From contig NW_003314289.1 in assembly GCF_000143415.4 (NCBI RefSeq), positions 1,234,293-1,298,292 of the forward strand: a stretch of DNA of 64,000 nucleotides. Direction: 5' to 3'. Within the stretch, counting starts at the first letter, position 1. The number at the start of each line of letters is the position of its first letter. The translations under genes were made by a program, and so were the position numbers. Source of the DNA: Selaginella moellendorffii (taxonomy: Eukaryota > Plantae > Lycopodiophyta). The notes below the pieces were generated by a model. That model made no database searches, was not told where the DNA came from, and saw only the letters and a program-made list of their open reading frames with translations. Positions 10,829 through 24,683 of the stretch are shown piece after piece.

Positions 10829-10918
10829 ATCTCCCGCGTTTCTATGTCTTTTGGTGCTTCATTACTCTCATGCGTCTTAAGGTCTGGCTGTCTGTCAAAG
10901 CAGGAAGGTTTTTCAACC

Positions 10919-11085
10919 CAGTCAATGCAATGTTATCTTCAGTCAATGCAATGTTAACATAGTCAATGAGAAGTCAATGAAAGTCTATCTTCGGTCAATG
11001 CAATGTTAACATGGTGAATGAAAGACTTCAGAATGGTTTATCTTCGGTCAATGCAATGTTAACATGGTCAATGAAAGTCTTCAGA
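10919..11085. repeat. Imperfect tandem repeat built on gtcaatgcaatgtta, unit about 54 bp
   Basis: tatcttc(a/g)gtcaatgcaatgttaacat(a/g)gt..atga occurs three times between the convergent 3' ends of two genes. Confidence 0.85.
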
Positions 11086-11228
11086 TAAAATATCATGGAA
11101 CTTGGCGTGTTGGTAATGAAAGAAAGAACCTAAAGGTTATTGCCGCTGTGTGATTAAAAGGAAAAAGAATCGCTGTACACGAACGAACATCAAGCTTCGT
11201 TTCTCTTGGTGCATCAAATCGTATCAAA

Positions 11229-13232
11229 TCAAAGAATCTGCCAGTCTTCCTCGCTCGTGGAATCCATTCCCAGATTCAGCTTGTCCAGCCTCAACTCGCT
11301 CGTCGATTCGCTCGTCTCTTGCTCCTTTGCCAACGTCCTCCCAAAACCTTCCGCCACTGTAAACATTGGCGCTCCATTGGATTGACTCGCCAGCTCCGAA
11401 GCTCTCGCGCACAAGTCATCCAAGTCCTCTACGCACAACAAGCAAACGTTAGCTTACACGCGACACTAACGCTTTTGCCTTACCCCTGTTCCGGCAGTAG
11501 AATCCTAGAGCTAGAGAAGGATCGATTGCATCCAGTAGCATTTTCCTCACCACACTGCAAAACCAAATCGTCACTACCAGCGAGAGGTTTTCATGCACGA
11601 GAAACTATCACACCTGCAATGGTACGATGCCGAATCAAACTCCAAGCTCTCGCCTGAAACGCTCACCACCTAGAGAGCAGCGTGGTGTGAGAAACCGAAA
11701 CATCGAAAAGATGGAGAGCGTTTCCACTTACCTTTTGCACCTCATGCGGGTCGAGGTACAAGGCCTGGTCGTCCTGGACGCCAACGAAATACACAGACGC
11801 AGCAGGCTTTCCACCAGCAATCCCAACACTTTGTGGGAAAGCAAACGTCGCTCGTAGCGAAGGCAGGTATCTGTGCCAGAGTATTCCAAGCAGCCTCACT
11901 ACAAGAATTTCGCCACAAAAATAACGTACCGAGGATTGATCTTGTCCAGGCCCAGGACAAGCGGGACGAGTATCAACACTGGACACTTCCCAGCAACGTC
12001 GACGTTGTAGAGAACCGGAGCTCCACCTCGTTCTCCGTGTGCATCACCCGAAACCACGTACACGGCCAGATGATCCTCCCCTTCTCGTCCGCGGCCATCG
12101 TTCCTAGCCAGAGCTTCGATCGCATGGCACAGCGCATACGGGCCTAGCCACGACCCCGCAGCCAGGCCGTAAGGACTGCCCGCACGGATAAAGTTATGAA
12201 TAGAGAACGGGCACGCCGGAGAAGGAGAGTCCACGAAGCTGTGCAAGATTTCGAGGTACTCCCGAGCATAAGGCTGCATCACCAACATTTGACCAATCTC
12301 ATGAGCTATCCTGCAACGCCAAGTCCAAACCAGAGCCATCATACAAACAGTCACCAAGGCAGGCCGTGCAAGCAAAATATGTAGCAGCAAGAAAAATGTG
12401 TGCACCAACCTGTTCTCCTCGCCGCCACCCTCGTCCCAGCCGATGGCAAACAAGAGCCTGGAGGAAACAAAACAAACAAGACCTTTCACGTAAATGAAAG
12501 AAGAGAACGGAAAAACAAGTCACCTGAGCAAAGAGCATCTGTCCACTCCTGATCATACACCCCCATCCAACATCGCTCGTGAACTTCGATTCACCGATAG
12601 CCTCAAATCCTGCCATACCAAAGCACGTACTCTCGGGCTTTGCTTTTCCTTCTTTGAATAGAAAGCTCAAAAAGCTTACCTTGCCTGTAAGTAATCCAGA
12701 TCCTCGAGCTAAAGTCGAGCAAAAAATCCGCAACAGCCTCGGGAGAAGACGAGGTTGATTCCTTGGCTTCTTCATCCGTGCTGCTGGTCGAAGAAGCACC
12801 CATCCTGTAGCAAGCCCCGAGCAGCCAAATGGCGCTGCCCGAAGAGATCCCATTCCCGCCTCTCATTCCCATGAGGCATTCCTGGATTCGTCTCACGGGC
12901 CCAACAGCCCTTCTCACCGCAGCAGTCCATTGCAGTGACCCAGCCAAGGAATTTAATCCTTTGTCCCTTGCCTTCGCGGCTCCTGCCCGTGCATCAAAAA
13001 CCCCAAGAGTGGAAGATATCAAAGATGACCACAAAGAAGAAGAAGAATTTGGAGCAGAAGAATTGGCAGCACCTTCCTCGGCAACCGCAGCGGCGTCGAT
13101 GATGATTTCCTCGGACGATGGATCGATGCTAGACACTTCCGGCCCGATTCCCTCGGCCGCTGCCGCTGCTGATACCGCGACCTCGCCATTGATTCTCGCG
13201 AGAGGAGGCGGAGGCGATGGAGAGTGCCCCAT
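11229..13232 (-). CDS. ATG4: Cysteine protease ATG4 (about 8 exons)
   Basis: [22 protein letters not shown] (catalytic Cys), YLDPH (Asp/His), [10 protein letters not shown] and a C-terminal AIM (EEDWQIL*). Canonical short introns. Confidence 0.95.
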
Positions 13233-13573
13233 TCTGGAATTCCGCGCTCGGAACGAGAAAATATTTCAGGGCGGAGGAGAGGGGGAATTCTGTTACCTCG
13301 ATCGGCAGGGACGAGCGCCAAATTCTATCGCACGATTTCCGGAATCTAGAACCTGGATCGAGCTGGCGCGGGGGAGCGCCAAAAGAAAAAACCTACACTC
13401 CCCAAAGAACCCTAAAATGGGGAGCGACAAGCCACAACCCAAAAACTTTTAAGCAAGAATATTCGAGAACAATTAAACAGAGATTATATTACCACAAAAT
13501 AATCATGCTTAACTCTTTCATAAGCAAATTATACAAAACTTTCCTCCATTCCGCGGAGATTTTCTTCATCGTT

Positions 13574-15859
13574 TTAAATGGTCATTCCCTGTGGAGCTGC
13601 TGGCGCTGGCGTCTTTGGCTTTGGTTTCTCCACTACCACTGCTTGGGTCGTCAAAACCATGCCCGCCACCGACGCTGCGTTCTGGAGAGCGCAACGAGTT
13701 ACCTTGGCAGGATCGATCACTCCAGCCTCGAGCAAGTTCTCATAAACATCGGTCATTGCGTTGTAGCCAATCTCCCACTCGCTCGCCAGGATCTTCTCCA
13801 CAACCACGGCTCCCTCCACGCCAGCGTTGTGCGCGATCAAAGCTGCCGGGGACAAGAGAGCCTGTGTGTATGATCCAAGTGAGAAACAAAGCAAATGATA
13901 AGAGAAAAGTTACCTTCTCTACGATGTCAGCTCCAATCTTTTCCTCGGGGTCTTGCAAGCTTTGCTTGATCTTCGACACAGAGGCCGAGAGGTGTACCAT
14001 GGCTGCTCCTCCGCCTGGAACGATGCCTTCCTCTATGGCGGCAAAGGTGGCATTCTTCGCATCTTCGATGCGTAGTTTCCTGTCCTCGAGCTCTACTTCG
14101 GTAGCAGCACCAACCTACAAGAGACCACCGCGATTCGGAGTTTAGAGAAAGAAGAACAAAAGAAAAAAATCCGTACCTTGATGACTGCCACTCCACCGGA
14201 AAGCTTGGCTATTCTCTCCGATAGCTTCTCCGTGTCATAGACTGAGTCGGTTTCTGCAAGTTCTTTCTTGAGCTGAGCGATCCGAGCTTGGATCTCGTCC
14301 TTGCTCGCGACGTCGGCAATGATCGTTGTTGAGTTGTTGGTGATTTTAACTTTGCGTGCTGTTCCCAGCTGCTCGAAAGTGGCGGTCTCGGGTTTTAGCC
14401 CAAGATCAGAAGCAATATATTCAGCGCCTACAACATCACGCAAATGAAAACTCAAACTACAACAAGAAAAGAAAAACTCTTGTATACCTGTGATGATGGC
14501 AATGTCCTGAAGGAGTGCTTTTCTCCGCTCTCCAAAGCCAGGAGCCTTGGTTGCTGCAACGTTGAGAACACCCCGGAGCTTGTTCACGACCAACGTGGCC
14601 AGAGCTTCTCCGGACACATCCTCGGCGATAAGGAGCAGCGGAGCACTCTTTTGAGAAGTCTTCTCCAGCACCGACAATATATCCTTGATGGTTGTGAGCT
14701 TTTGGTCCGTGACTAGAACTTTGGCATTGTCGAACTCTACTGTCGACTTTTCTGGATTGGTCACAAACTGTGGAGAGATGTATCCTCTATCGTACTGCAA
14801 AACGTTTGTGTGAGATGAAGCTCAGCCAATAAATACCAATTCGACTCACCTCCATCCCCTCTTCCACATCAACGGACGTTTCAAACGAAGACGACGACTC
14901 GATAGAAAGTACTCCGTCGGGGCCGACCTTGTCAATCGCATCGGCAATCATGTTTCCAACAAAATCATCGTTTCCAGCAGAAATAGTAGCCACAGCTGCA
15001 ACCAAAGAAGGAATACTTGAGAACCAGAAAAACTGTGACATGCATAGACTAACCTTTAATGTCTTCCCGTCCCTTGACTGGCCTCGACTTATCCTTGAGC
15101 TCCTCAATCAAGGCAGAGACAGTTTTGTCAATGCCTTTTTTGATTGCCACTGGATTAGCTCCCGAAGTCACGGACAAAAGTCCCATTTTGATGAGCTCTC
15201 GTGCCAATACACACGCGGTGGTCGTGCCATCGCCAGCTGAGTCATTCGTTTTGCTCGCAACCTGTATAAAAAAGACTGATAAGATACGCGGAGAGAAAAA
15301 AGAAAGCAAAATGAGGACGAAAAAAAAAGCTTACCTCTCTGATGAGAGCAGCACCCGCATTTTCCATGTTATTTGGAAGCTCAATTGCTCGAGCAATCGT
15401 AACACCGTCGTTGACGACTTTAGCATTTCCAAACTCATCCAACACCACATTCCTTCCTGGAAAGGAAGAAAAGAGGGCATGAAGGGAAAGCTAGAAGGAA
15501 ACGAAGCCTTTTTCTTACCCCGAGGACCAAGCGTGACGCCAACAGCATCGGTCAATTTATCAATCCCGGCTTGCAATGCTGCTCGCGAATCCTGGTCGAA
15601 GGCAATCTCCTTGGCATTGGCACGAACAACAAATCTATTCCGCCTCGGCCGACACACCGCTCGCAGCCCCACTGCCGAAGCTCTCCCAATTAGCTTCCCC
15701 TGCGACGAGCCGGAAGGCCGGCCCAGCTGCTAGAACAAGCAATCGAGGAGAAATTCACAAAAAGGCCACAGATTCGCGACGAGAAATGGAGCTTACCGAG
15801 AGAGGCGCCGCCGCTAGGCATGGCGAGCGATGTGGGAGCAGCGCATTGTTGGCCGCCAT
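13574..15859 (-). CDS. CPN60A: Plastid chaperonin-60 alpha (RuBisCO-binding protein alpha), multi-exon
   Basis: Transit peptide followed by [54 protein letters not shown] and [10 protein letters not shown]. The C-terminus ...APQGMTI is alpha-type. Confidence 0.95.
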
Positions 15860-15967
15860 GCTTGCGCTCCTGCCCTAAACTCGCCCTCTCTAAACCTTAG
15901 AAGCCTCTAGAAAAAAATATCTTAATATTCCTCCCCTGTTAAAAATTTGTCTCGTACATAAAATAAA

Positions 15968-16040
15968 TGGAGATGCCGGGTATCGATCCCGGTACCTCTC
16001 GCATGCTAAGCGAGCGCTCTACCATCTGAGCTACATCCCC
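15968..16040 (-). tRNA. tRNA-Ala (AGC)
   Basis: GGGGATGTAGCTCAGATGGTAGAGCGCTCGCTTAGCATGCGAGAGGTACCGGGATCGATACCCGGCATCTCCA; cloverleaf with G3:U70. Confidence 0.97.
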
Positions 16041-16249
16041 TTAGCAATTCTATTATTACTAAAATAATCACAAAACTATTTTTAATTAAATTATTACTAT
16101 TTTAACTAAATCATTATTTACTAATATTAAGAGTTTAGCAATTTTTATCTTTTTTTACGATGGGAGCTACTGGCTAAAAGGCTCCTTTCGGGTTCATAAA
16201 AGTGCTTTGAAGATCCAAGAAGCATTACCAAATGCCATCCCAACATATC

Positions 16250-17076
16250 AACGATCAGGAGTACCATCCATCAAGATCAAGACCAACTTGTCGTGAAGAG
16301 CTGGTGCTCGCAATCTTGATAGACAAATGATCAAAATCTGAAGTACTGAGCAAATTTCTATACCAAGGGCAAGGAAGACAAGTGGAGTGCTGGCACTGAT
16401 GAAGAAAATGTTATACCATATCACTAAAATGAGAAGTAAACTTCTTCCCATTGGCAATTCTGTTCACACGATCGAAGCCACACAAGTATGATAAACTCCT
16501 CCATCGGCGTAGAGAAGAAACAGACTCATCAGACAAAATCCCCAAGTGATCCAAAACATCTTCATCTGCTTCTAAAAGCAATGCCTTGAGCGTAGCCGAA
16601 AGATGCTGACCGAGGCATCCCTTGCCATTGCGCTGCTCACATCCTTCTCCAGGACAGAAAACATCCCCCAACCAAGTAATCGAGTATGTCAAAAGACTTG
16701 CCATGGGAGCCCAGGTAGGGGAAACAACTATTAAGTCTCGTCGTCCAGTAGTCAACAGTTGCCGAGCATAGAGGAGACCAAAGTTTCGATACCCCAAACC
16801 AATAGTCACCCCCGAGCTGCTCGGAAAGAAAGCGGAAAAGTAACTCCAGCTCTCCATGGATGACTACCTTTCCCCCGAGTCCAGGCGTTGCAATGCCTCT
16901 ATCTGCTTGCGTGAAAAGACCCTCTCCAGAAACAGTTCCCACGGATCCGAAAACGTGGCTTTCTCGGATCCCCCGAGCTCAAACCGAACAGTAAAATCAG
17001 ACGCATCAACTTTCAGCTCCCTCTTAAAGTTGATTCGACCACCTCCTCTCAGATCGAAGGCCTGCACTTTTGCCAA
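16250..17076 (-). pseudogene. Probable decayed gene of unknown family
   Basis: ORFs 16864-17076 and 16411-16857 lie in one frame separated by a single stop and look protein-like. No recognisable motif. Confidence 0.3.
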
Positions 17077-18470
17077 TGCATGAGGACCCTGGACATTCCT
17101 AATCAGAGCGCCCTAATGTGGCATTAAACTAGATTTAAACTCTAGGTTTTATAGTGGTTTAGATGGCGAAGGGTCTGTGCCCGAGATGGGAGAGTTGTTA
17201 GAATGATCGTGTGGAGTTTGGAATCGCTTGAAATCGATCATATGATAAGAGCTTCCGGTATTTCACTCGTTCACAGTTGTTGACAAGGATACCACGCTGT
17301 TTGAGGTGCATACCAGTGGGTGCAAATTAAACCAGTTTGTGATCTTAGCCATGGAGATTTCAGGGCAAAGCAACTCAAGAGATCAATCTTGAGCTCAAAG
17401 GACATGCTCAAGGATACAGTGCTTCAAGAAGGATATTCCTTTCCCACCTGTTGTAAAAACATTTGTACTAACTCTACCAGAGCTTTGTAGGATCGACGAA
17501 ATGCTGGGATTGGCACGTACGTTGTCTTGCCGTAACTCTGATTTGTTACAAGGACGACTTGCGAAGAACTGAACGTGAATCCCCTTCGAAACGTGTCGAG
17601 GGAGTGTAATTGAAAGCTCAAGTTCAAGACTAGTCTTGTTCGATTTTCTGTATCTCTTCTCATTGAGGTCCAGGGTTCGACCTTATGCTGCGCTCATGAT
17701 CTAAAACATGTAGGTACAAACAACAATATAGGTTCCACTAAGTAAATTACCATAGTGTCCAGACTATAATAAAATGCGAAAACGTTTTGGGGTGTGTGTG
17801 AGATCACGGGACGAGACAACGAAACGAGCAGTGGCTCCATGTGCTATGGTCGCATACTTGGTAGATGCCAGATCGTCACGCTCGTGAGCGCGCAGCATTC
17901 TTTACTCCCTTGTCATTCCCTGGTGATTAAAACCCCATCGCCACACTTCCTTCTCACATTCCACATTCCTTCTTGCGTGCCGGGGATCTCGCAAGAACAG
18001 TAGCGCTGCTCCTCAACCAAGTTCTTCGTCGCGCGCGATCGATCGTCAAGGTAATGGAACTTTGGTTCTGCCTGGCTCCTTGCGTGCCAATTCGAGAGCT
18101 CGCCACAAAGAAATGCGTGTTTTCTGGCGAGCTTTATACTTGGCACGCAGCGTGTCGGGCTGACTGACTCCCTCTGGATCATCGTGTCAAAGTTCCACCA
18201 CGCCACCACCATTCACGTCTCTGATCCTTTTGTTCTTGACTGTGTCACTGGCTTGACTTGATCCTGTCCTGGAATGGTTGCTCTAGTCCTGTCCAATGCT
18301 CTCCAAAAGTCTCTTCTGACCGTGACTTAATCCTTCTCGTTGCCATGGTGGTGGTCGAGAGCAGCAGAAACTTAACTTGGTCCTCGCTTGAACGCTTGCT
18401 GTGATGGTCGAGTTGCTCGAGAACATCTCCTGGCTTCTTCTTCCCAGTAAAACTTTCCTGGATGCCATCT

Positions 18471-20077
18471 TCATCCCAGAGAGATCTCAAACAGGTCACT
18501 CTCGGCCTCCGGGTGTGAGAGCGACGACGTTCTCCGGCCCGACCACCAGTGAGAGTCGAGCCTTCGAATCGAGAAGAGCTCGCTGCCCTCGCCACCGTTG
18601 ATGGCGGTGCTGGATTTGCTGGCACTGCTTAAAACGTTGGTGGTGGTCGTCGTGGTCGTGGTGGTGTTGCTGCGGCCGTTATAGCTGCTCGGGTCGGCCG
18701 CTCTGTGGTCGTTTGCTGGCATGAATTCGAAGGAGCACTGGCCGAAATTCACGAGCAGTGTCACGTCGTAGTTTGATGCCACTGTTGCATGTAGAGGATA
18801 GCCAAATTCTCTGCTGCTACCATCGTTGCAGCTCAGCTCTCCCACAAGCTCTCCATCGAGAGTGAAAAAGAATCGTCTCGACTGCGGGCTGTAGCCGCAG
18901 CCTATTGTTGTGTTGGTAGTGCTCGCCCATCCGAACTTCTTCTTCCGCAGGAGCTTGCTGTCATGGCTATCGACTTGAAGCATCCCTGTAGAAAACACGA
19001 TGGAATTAGTTAGAATAGTTTTTTTTCCCTCGCAAACGCATGCTCACCATTGAGAAAGATGCGGCCGTCGGAGTGCAAGCCTACGGATCCTTGTTCCAGG
19101 CCTGGCAACCTGAACGGAGGAGCAGCACCCGGACTAAATCCCACCCCCAAAGTTCGAGTTTTCTCATTACCATCTTCTTGATCAATCCCTGTTGTTGTTG
19201 TCGTCGTTGGATCAAACGCTTTTCTGTCGTGGCCATTAGCTTGAATCCTCGTCTGGACGATCTTCTTGGTGGAGGAAGCTTTAGAGTCTCGCTGATGGAA
19301 TCCATTACCCTTGCTTCCCGACTGCGTGAGCGGATACTTCTCCGACGGGGACGGTCTCAGTATCAACTTCATGTTCTCGCTGTCCGTGGAAGACGAGATC
19401 TCGGACGCTAGAACGCTCCTCTCCTCGGAACCAACAGCAACGATGGTTATCTCAAAGTATCCTTCGGGAGGGAACGCGCCAGACGGGGGGCCGGGCAAAG
19501 GCAGTGCCGACTGTAGAGCTTGAATGAGCACAACTTGGACATCAGCGTCTAGTTGCAGAGCTGCCGGACGAGCGAGCCTTGGATTGAGCCTGATAAGTTG
19601 CATGTAATCGGACCCTGGACCAATCTCCCAAGCGATCTCCGGCTGGAAGGCCTCTCCAAGGCAGCACTTCGTGCAAAGCACGAACGCATCCGCGGACGAA
19701 ACCGGGCACTGCGAAGAACAATGGTACGTGAACGCAAATGCCGCCCATCCCCGGTCAATAGCGTCGGCTAAGAGATAAGTCGACTCGAGCCAGTCGAAAC
19801 TTCTCACTGGATACGAACCCCTCCACCTTGCGGCCATTTGGATTCCCTCCATAGCTGCTAGATCCAGTCCTTTCATACCCGAGAACGATCTGTCATACGG
19901 GAAAAGCCCACCGCCCCCATCACCATCTAGATCGTGCTTGTCTCTTGGAAGTCTCGGATGCTTTGGAAACCTTCTCGTCTTGAGAGCTCGTAGCACGCAA
20001 GTGATGACTAAAGTAGCGAGCAGCAAACTGGCAATGGGTAAACCCACAGCCAAAGCGATCTTCCTCCATGTCTGCAT
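18471..20077 (-). CDS. SPRY/B30.2-domain protein with an N-terminal membrane anchor, two exons (intron about 18987-19047)
   Basis: Hydrophobic N-terminus; GYFEITI, FRLPG...SVGLHSDG, TIGCGY, FFFTLDG and VNFGQ..F are SPRY hallmarks. Confidence 0.85.
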
Positions 20078-21084
20078 AAGTTCCCACCGCTAGAACTTTT
20101 TTTCTTCCCGGAAGAAACGATCTGATCCCTGTGCTGCTGGATTTTTATCCTTTTCTCGCTTCCCAACCAAGAATTCCTGTTCTAGTAGCTCCAACTTAGA
20201 TCTTGTCCAAGCCCGTACGAAAATCCTTGTCAACCATCACCCACCAAAAGCTCCAAATCTAAAAAAATCTCTCCCAGCCGCTAAGTAGCAATATATCATC
20301 CCCGCGAATCACTAGAAAAACTAGTCAAGCCGAAGATCTTGAATGTAAGAAGCTCTCACCTAGGAAGGTAATTGCAATGGACTTTACTCACATTCCAGCG
20401 AAACTGCCTGGATGTCGACAGATCAAAAAGAGAAAAAATGGAAAAAACAGAAAGATCGGTCAGCACGACTCCTGGATATCAACGACGAAATAATCAAACC
20501 TGCTGAGAGCGATCGATCGATCGATACCATCCATCCAGAAAATTGCCGCGCGGCTCAGAAAAAGTCGCGCCTGGATCCGCGATCGATTCACAATGCCAGC
20601 GGAGAAATTCACATTGACAGCCGAAATATCGCCAGAGATCTTCGATCCGGGCGATCGAGCTGCGATATTGCGGATCGATCAATGCAGGAGCGCGGCGCGC
20701 AGCATAAAATCCCTCTCACCGCGCCTTAACCCTATGCGCTGCCCTTGCTTGCGCCGGGGGCCATGGCGATACCCTCCATCTCGCCATGATCCCCCAAGGG
20801 AAATGCGGGGGAGAATCAGGGAAAAGTCCCGCTGCCACTGCCAACTCAGCCGACGAATATACCAGGTGGATATTGCTGGGAGCCGTTGATGAGTGGTGCC
20901 AGTGAGGTGTCAGCCGTTAGATAAGCGCAACTTGTAAGCACACTGTCATTTCGTAGCATAGCATGGAAAAGCATACACGATCCAACACGTTAGTGGCTGT
21001 CTATGGAAGATACTTCGTTGTAGATAGTAGCCGATAAAATTCTATTAGATTGAACTATATGGTATTGGTATAAATTCCCAACAT

Positions 21085-21157
21085 GGGGATGTAGCTCAGA
21101 TGGTAGAGCGCTCGCTTAGCATGCGAGAGGCACCGGGATCGATACCCGGCATCTCCA
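21085..21157 (+). tRNA. tRNA-Ala (AGC)
   Basis: Full cloverleaf, one base different from the copy at 15968-16040, with a downstream T-run. Confidence 0.97.
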
Positions 21158-21284
21158 AAGGAAAAAGTATGGCTTTGAGAATATACTTTTTTGTTGCTTT
21201 AATGATTTTTGAATTATTGTGTTTTAAGATAATATGAATCATATTAATTAAATTATTTAGTTAATAATTCTTGCCTCTTGCCAA

Positions 21285-21325
21285 GCGGATGTAGCTCAGA
21301 TGGTAGAGCGCGCGCGGCATCTCCA
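21285..21325 (+). pseudogene. Internally deleted tRNA-Ala (acceptor stem and D-arm only)
   Basis: GCGGATGTAGCTCAGATGGTAGAGCGCGCGCGGCATCTCCA joins the 5' part to the last 11 nt of the neighbouring tRNA. Confidence 0.85.
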
Positions 21326-21518
21326 AAACATTGAATTATTTAAGGTAATGTGAATAAACGAACATCAAACACAACCTCAGGACGACGGAGAACAAAAAAT
21401 CGTTTTTTTTTCTGTCATAAATTTCCATTTTTCTCTTCCCTGTACAACAAGAACATCGCCTACAAAAAAGCTTTGTGTGTGGAGAACCAAAAACTCAAAA
21501 ACTCCATGTTGTTGGCCA

Positions 21519-23412
21519 TCACTTGACGGACTTTGGAGTGGAAGGCGATGGCGATCCCCGTGGCGATGGATAATTGACTTGGCAGGAGCCGTCGACTTTG
21601 CCTTGCTTGGGATCCAACTCCGCCAAGTCGTGCTCCGCCTTCCAAAGCTTGCGCTTCAAGTAGTTCACCCTCTTCTCCGACGCAAGCTTCTCAAACCTCT
21701 CCTTGCTCAGCTCCGCCTCGAGGCTGTCCGCCTGGCTTTGGAGCCCCTTGCACTTGTCACCGTCGATCCCGGCCTGGGTCTGATACTCCTTGGTCTTGAT
21801 CTTACACGTCTCGATCTTGGAGTGAGCCTTCTTCAGCGTCTCCTGGACCACCTGGAACAATGCCAACCAAAGTTTTAGAGTCGATCGATCACCATCTTCT
21901 TCGAGTGTGAAGTTTAAGCTAGAAGTTTGATCGCTCGGGAAGTTCTGAGAAAAAACAACAGCTCTAGCAGTTTGTCAAGAAAGTAAAAGGAAGAACAAAG
22001 AAAAAGTAGTTTTGTAGCAGGAAAGCTGTGACAACAAGGAGGCAAAACAAACATAAGCTGTAAAAATCGAATCTTGACTGAAAATCACGCACAGAAAAAA
22101 GAGAAGAAAGGAGACGAACTTGAAAGAAAAATCCTGGTCTAGGACTAGAAATAAGGAAACATTGCAACTTACAGAGATGCAACCCTCGAGGTGCTGGTTG
22201 GCGATCTCCAACCGGATGACTTTGTCACGAACTCTGGCCAGCTTCTTGTTCTCGTTGACAACGTAGTCACGCAAGAGCTTGAGGTGCTCGATCAGCCTCT
22301 GGAGCCGTCCAATCTCCTCGGCAAAGATATCTCGCTCCACTTTGATTTCCTGTGCCACCGAGTGTTAATATGGAGAAAGAAGAAGCTTGCATTGAAAGAA
22401 AAAACTGGCAAAAACACTCGCATGATATTCTTACTCTTGTTCTCGTCACGCGGATGTCCTTGCGTAGCAAATTGAGCTCGTCGAGCTGTGCTTCGTACGT
22501 GTTTCTCAGGTCGCCTAAACGAGTCTTCAATCCTGTGCCGTGAAAGAAGAAGAAAGTTTCGTGAGTAGAACAAGAAAGAGAGGAGAGAGGAAGAAGAACA
22601 ATCACAATTTCTCACAAGCTTGAGAGGACAAAAGCAAGGACGAACCACAGATTCTAGCTCTCAATCTAGACACACTTCCAGTGCGAGGAGCTCCTTCTAG
22701 ACCAAGCATCTCGAGCTCCTCAATGTCCTTCTCAAGCTTCCTGCAGTAAGAAAGAACGTTTGATCCATAGCTCGCAAAGTTCCACTTTGATCACTAGCAA
22801 GAACAACCAAGAGCAAAAGCTCTAGAACACACAAGAACAAAAGAGAACACTAGCAAACTCTAGGAAAGAAGAGAGAGCTTGACAAAGAACAAGAGAATGA
22901 AGAGATGGAATGGGATGGAGTGCTTGCCTGTTTTCCAGATCGATGGTGGAGACATGGACCTTGTGGACCTTGAAGTAGTCGGCTTGCTCTCGCAAAGCCT
23001 TCCTCAAATCCTTCACCTCCTCTATCAAAGACTCCTTGTCCCTGTAAGCCAAAACCAGCCTTTGCGTCCTCACACACGAGCTCCGGATCTTGGGCGACAC
23101 TGGCCCCGTCTGTGGCGCCGGCGCCGAGAACGTTGGCGCGATGCAAAACGCGATGCCTCCATCCACCGCCGGGCAAATGCTCCCGCGCAGCGCTCCCGTG
23201 GGCGAGATCCACGTCCCGGCGCCCAGACCGCCCACGCTCTTCTCGGCGCTCTCCGCCGATCGAATCGGCTTCCACGGCTCCAATTTCACGTTGGGGCCGG
23301 CATTCACCACCAGCGCCGGGGGCTTGGCCGCGCCGGGAGGGAAATATATGCTGCCCGAGCGCTGCTGGACGGTGGCCACGCTCCCCCTGTGGCGAACCAT
23401 CTTCTTGGCCAT
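21519..23412 (-). CDS. Multi-exon coiled-coil protein of unknown function
   Basis: Pro/Ala-rich first exon, then heptad-rich exons (LIEEVKDLRKALREQ; IGRLQRLIEHLKLL; LEAELSKERFEKL) bounded by GT-AG sites. Confidence 0.6.
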
Positions 23413-23870
23413 CCCCAATCCTGGCGATCCCGGCTCAGCGTCGCCGATCGCCGCCCAGATCCAGCAACCCTTTTGGAGCTAGATCCGACCCAGGTGCTCC
23501 GATTGCTGCCCCATCCCGCGGATTCGCCGATTTCTCCCTAGGTTTTCCTCCCGCGATTGCGCATTCTTTGCTCATCGCATTGCCCCTCTCCTGTGCCCAA
23601 TCTGCCAAATCCGCCACCTGGAGAGCGAGGAGTGAGGCCCGATCGAGCTCCAGAGTAGCCAAGATCCAAGAATTTGGGAGGAGCGCTGATTTACCGCTGG
23701 ACAGGGCAGCAAAGATCCAAAAGGAAAGCCCAAACTGCCGCGTTCACGTGAACTACCGCATGAACTGTGACACGTGGCACTTGTATTTAGGGCACCTTGA
23801 TTCTAGGGTTTGGGGATTTTATTTATTTTTTGGCCTCTCTTGTGTTCTTCGTCCCCCGCCGTGATCTTCG

Positions 23871-24517
23871 ATGGCGCGATTGGTTGTTGCGATTGCCCTG
23901 GCCGCGATCTTTGCGGCGATTGCTGGAGCTGAGGTGATCTCGCTCAACGATGCTACTTTCACTGATAAGGTCTGTACGTTTTCCAAAATTTCGAGAGATT
24001 TTGACCGAAATCTTTGATTCTTTCGCTGTTTGATCGCTCTCCAGGTGAAGGAGCAAGACACGGTGTGGTTCATCAAGTTCTTCGCGCCGTGGTGTGGCCA
24101 CTGGTAACAAATTCCTTTCGCGAGCTCTTTTCTTTATTTTTTTTTCCCGATGGATGGATGGATCGATTTGCTCTTGCGCAGTAAGCGATTGGCCCCGACC
24201 TGGGACGAGCTCGGCAAGGCGATCGAGAGCGAGGCCGGTGTGGAAGTCGCGAGAGTGGATTGCACGGTTGATCGAGCGGTTTGCGAGAAAGCTGGAGTTA
24301 ACGCTTACCCGACTCTCAAGATTTTTTACAACGGCGAAGAAGTGAAGAAGTACTCGGGTAAGCTCTTCCTCCGTTCTTCTTTCTCGTTCACTTTCGATTG
24401 ATCGATGGTGTTTTGCTTGTTCTTCCAGGAGCTCGCGATCTGGACTCCCTCAAAAAGTTCGCCATTGATTCGGCAGCGGAGATCTCCAAAGCCAAGCTCG
24501 AGAACGACAGTCTTTAA
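23871..24517 (+). CDS. PDIL5-1: Single-thioredoxin-domain protein disulfide isomerase-like protein, four exons
   Basis: Signal peptide, then EVISLNDATFTDK|VKEQDTVWFIKFFAPWCGHC|KRLAPTW...VDC...YPTLKIFYNGEEV; ends NDSL*. Confidence 0.88.
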
Positions 24518-24683
24518 CTCGACGAGTGAAATTAACGTAGAAATAAACAAGCTAGACGCTGTAGATAAGAACAGATTGATCAGTTCACAGATTGAGATAC
24601 TACCTTAAGAAGTTCTCCAGATCTTTCTTCTTTTCTTTGTCGCAGAGGTCGCGATTTTTTCGAAGCTCGCGAGATTCCAACTT

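Noticed and set aside
17100-18300. Short minus-strand ORFs between the decayed gene and the SPRY gene
   Set aside because: No recognisable motifs or consistent splice structure.
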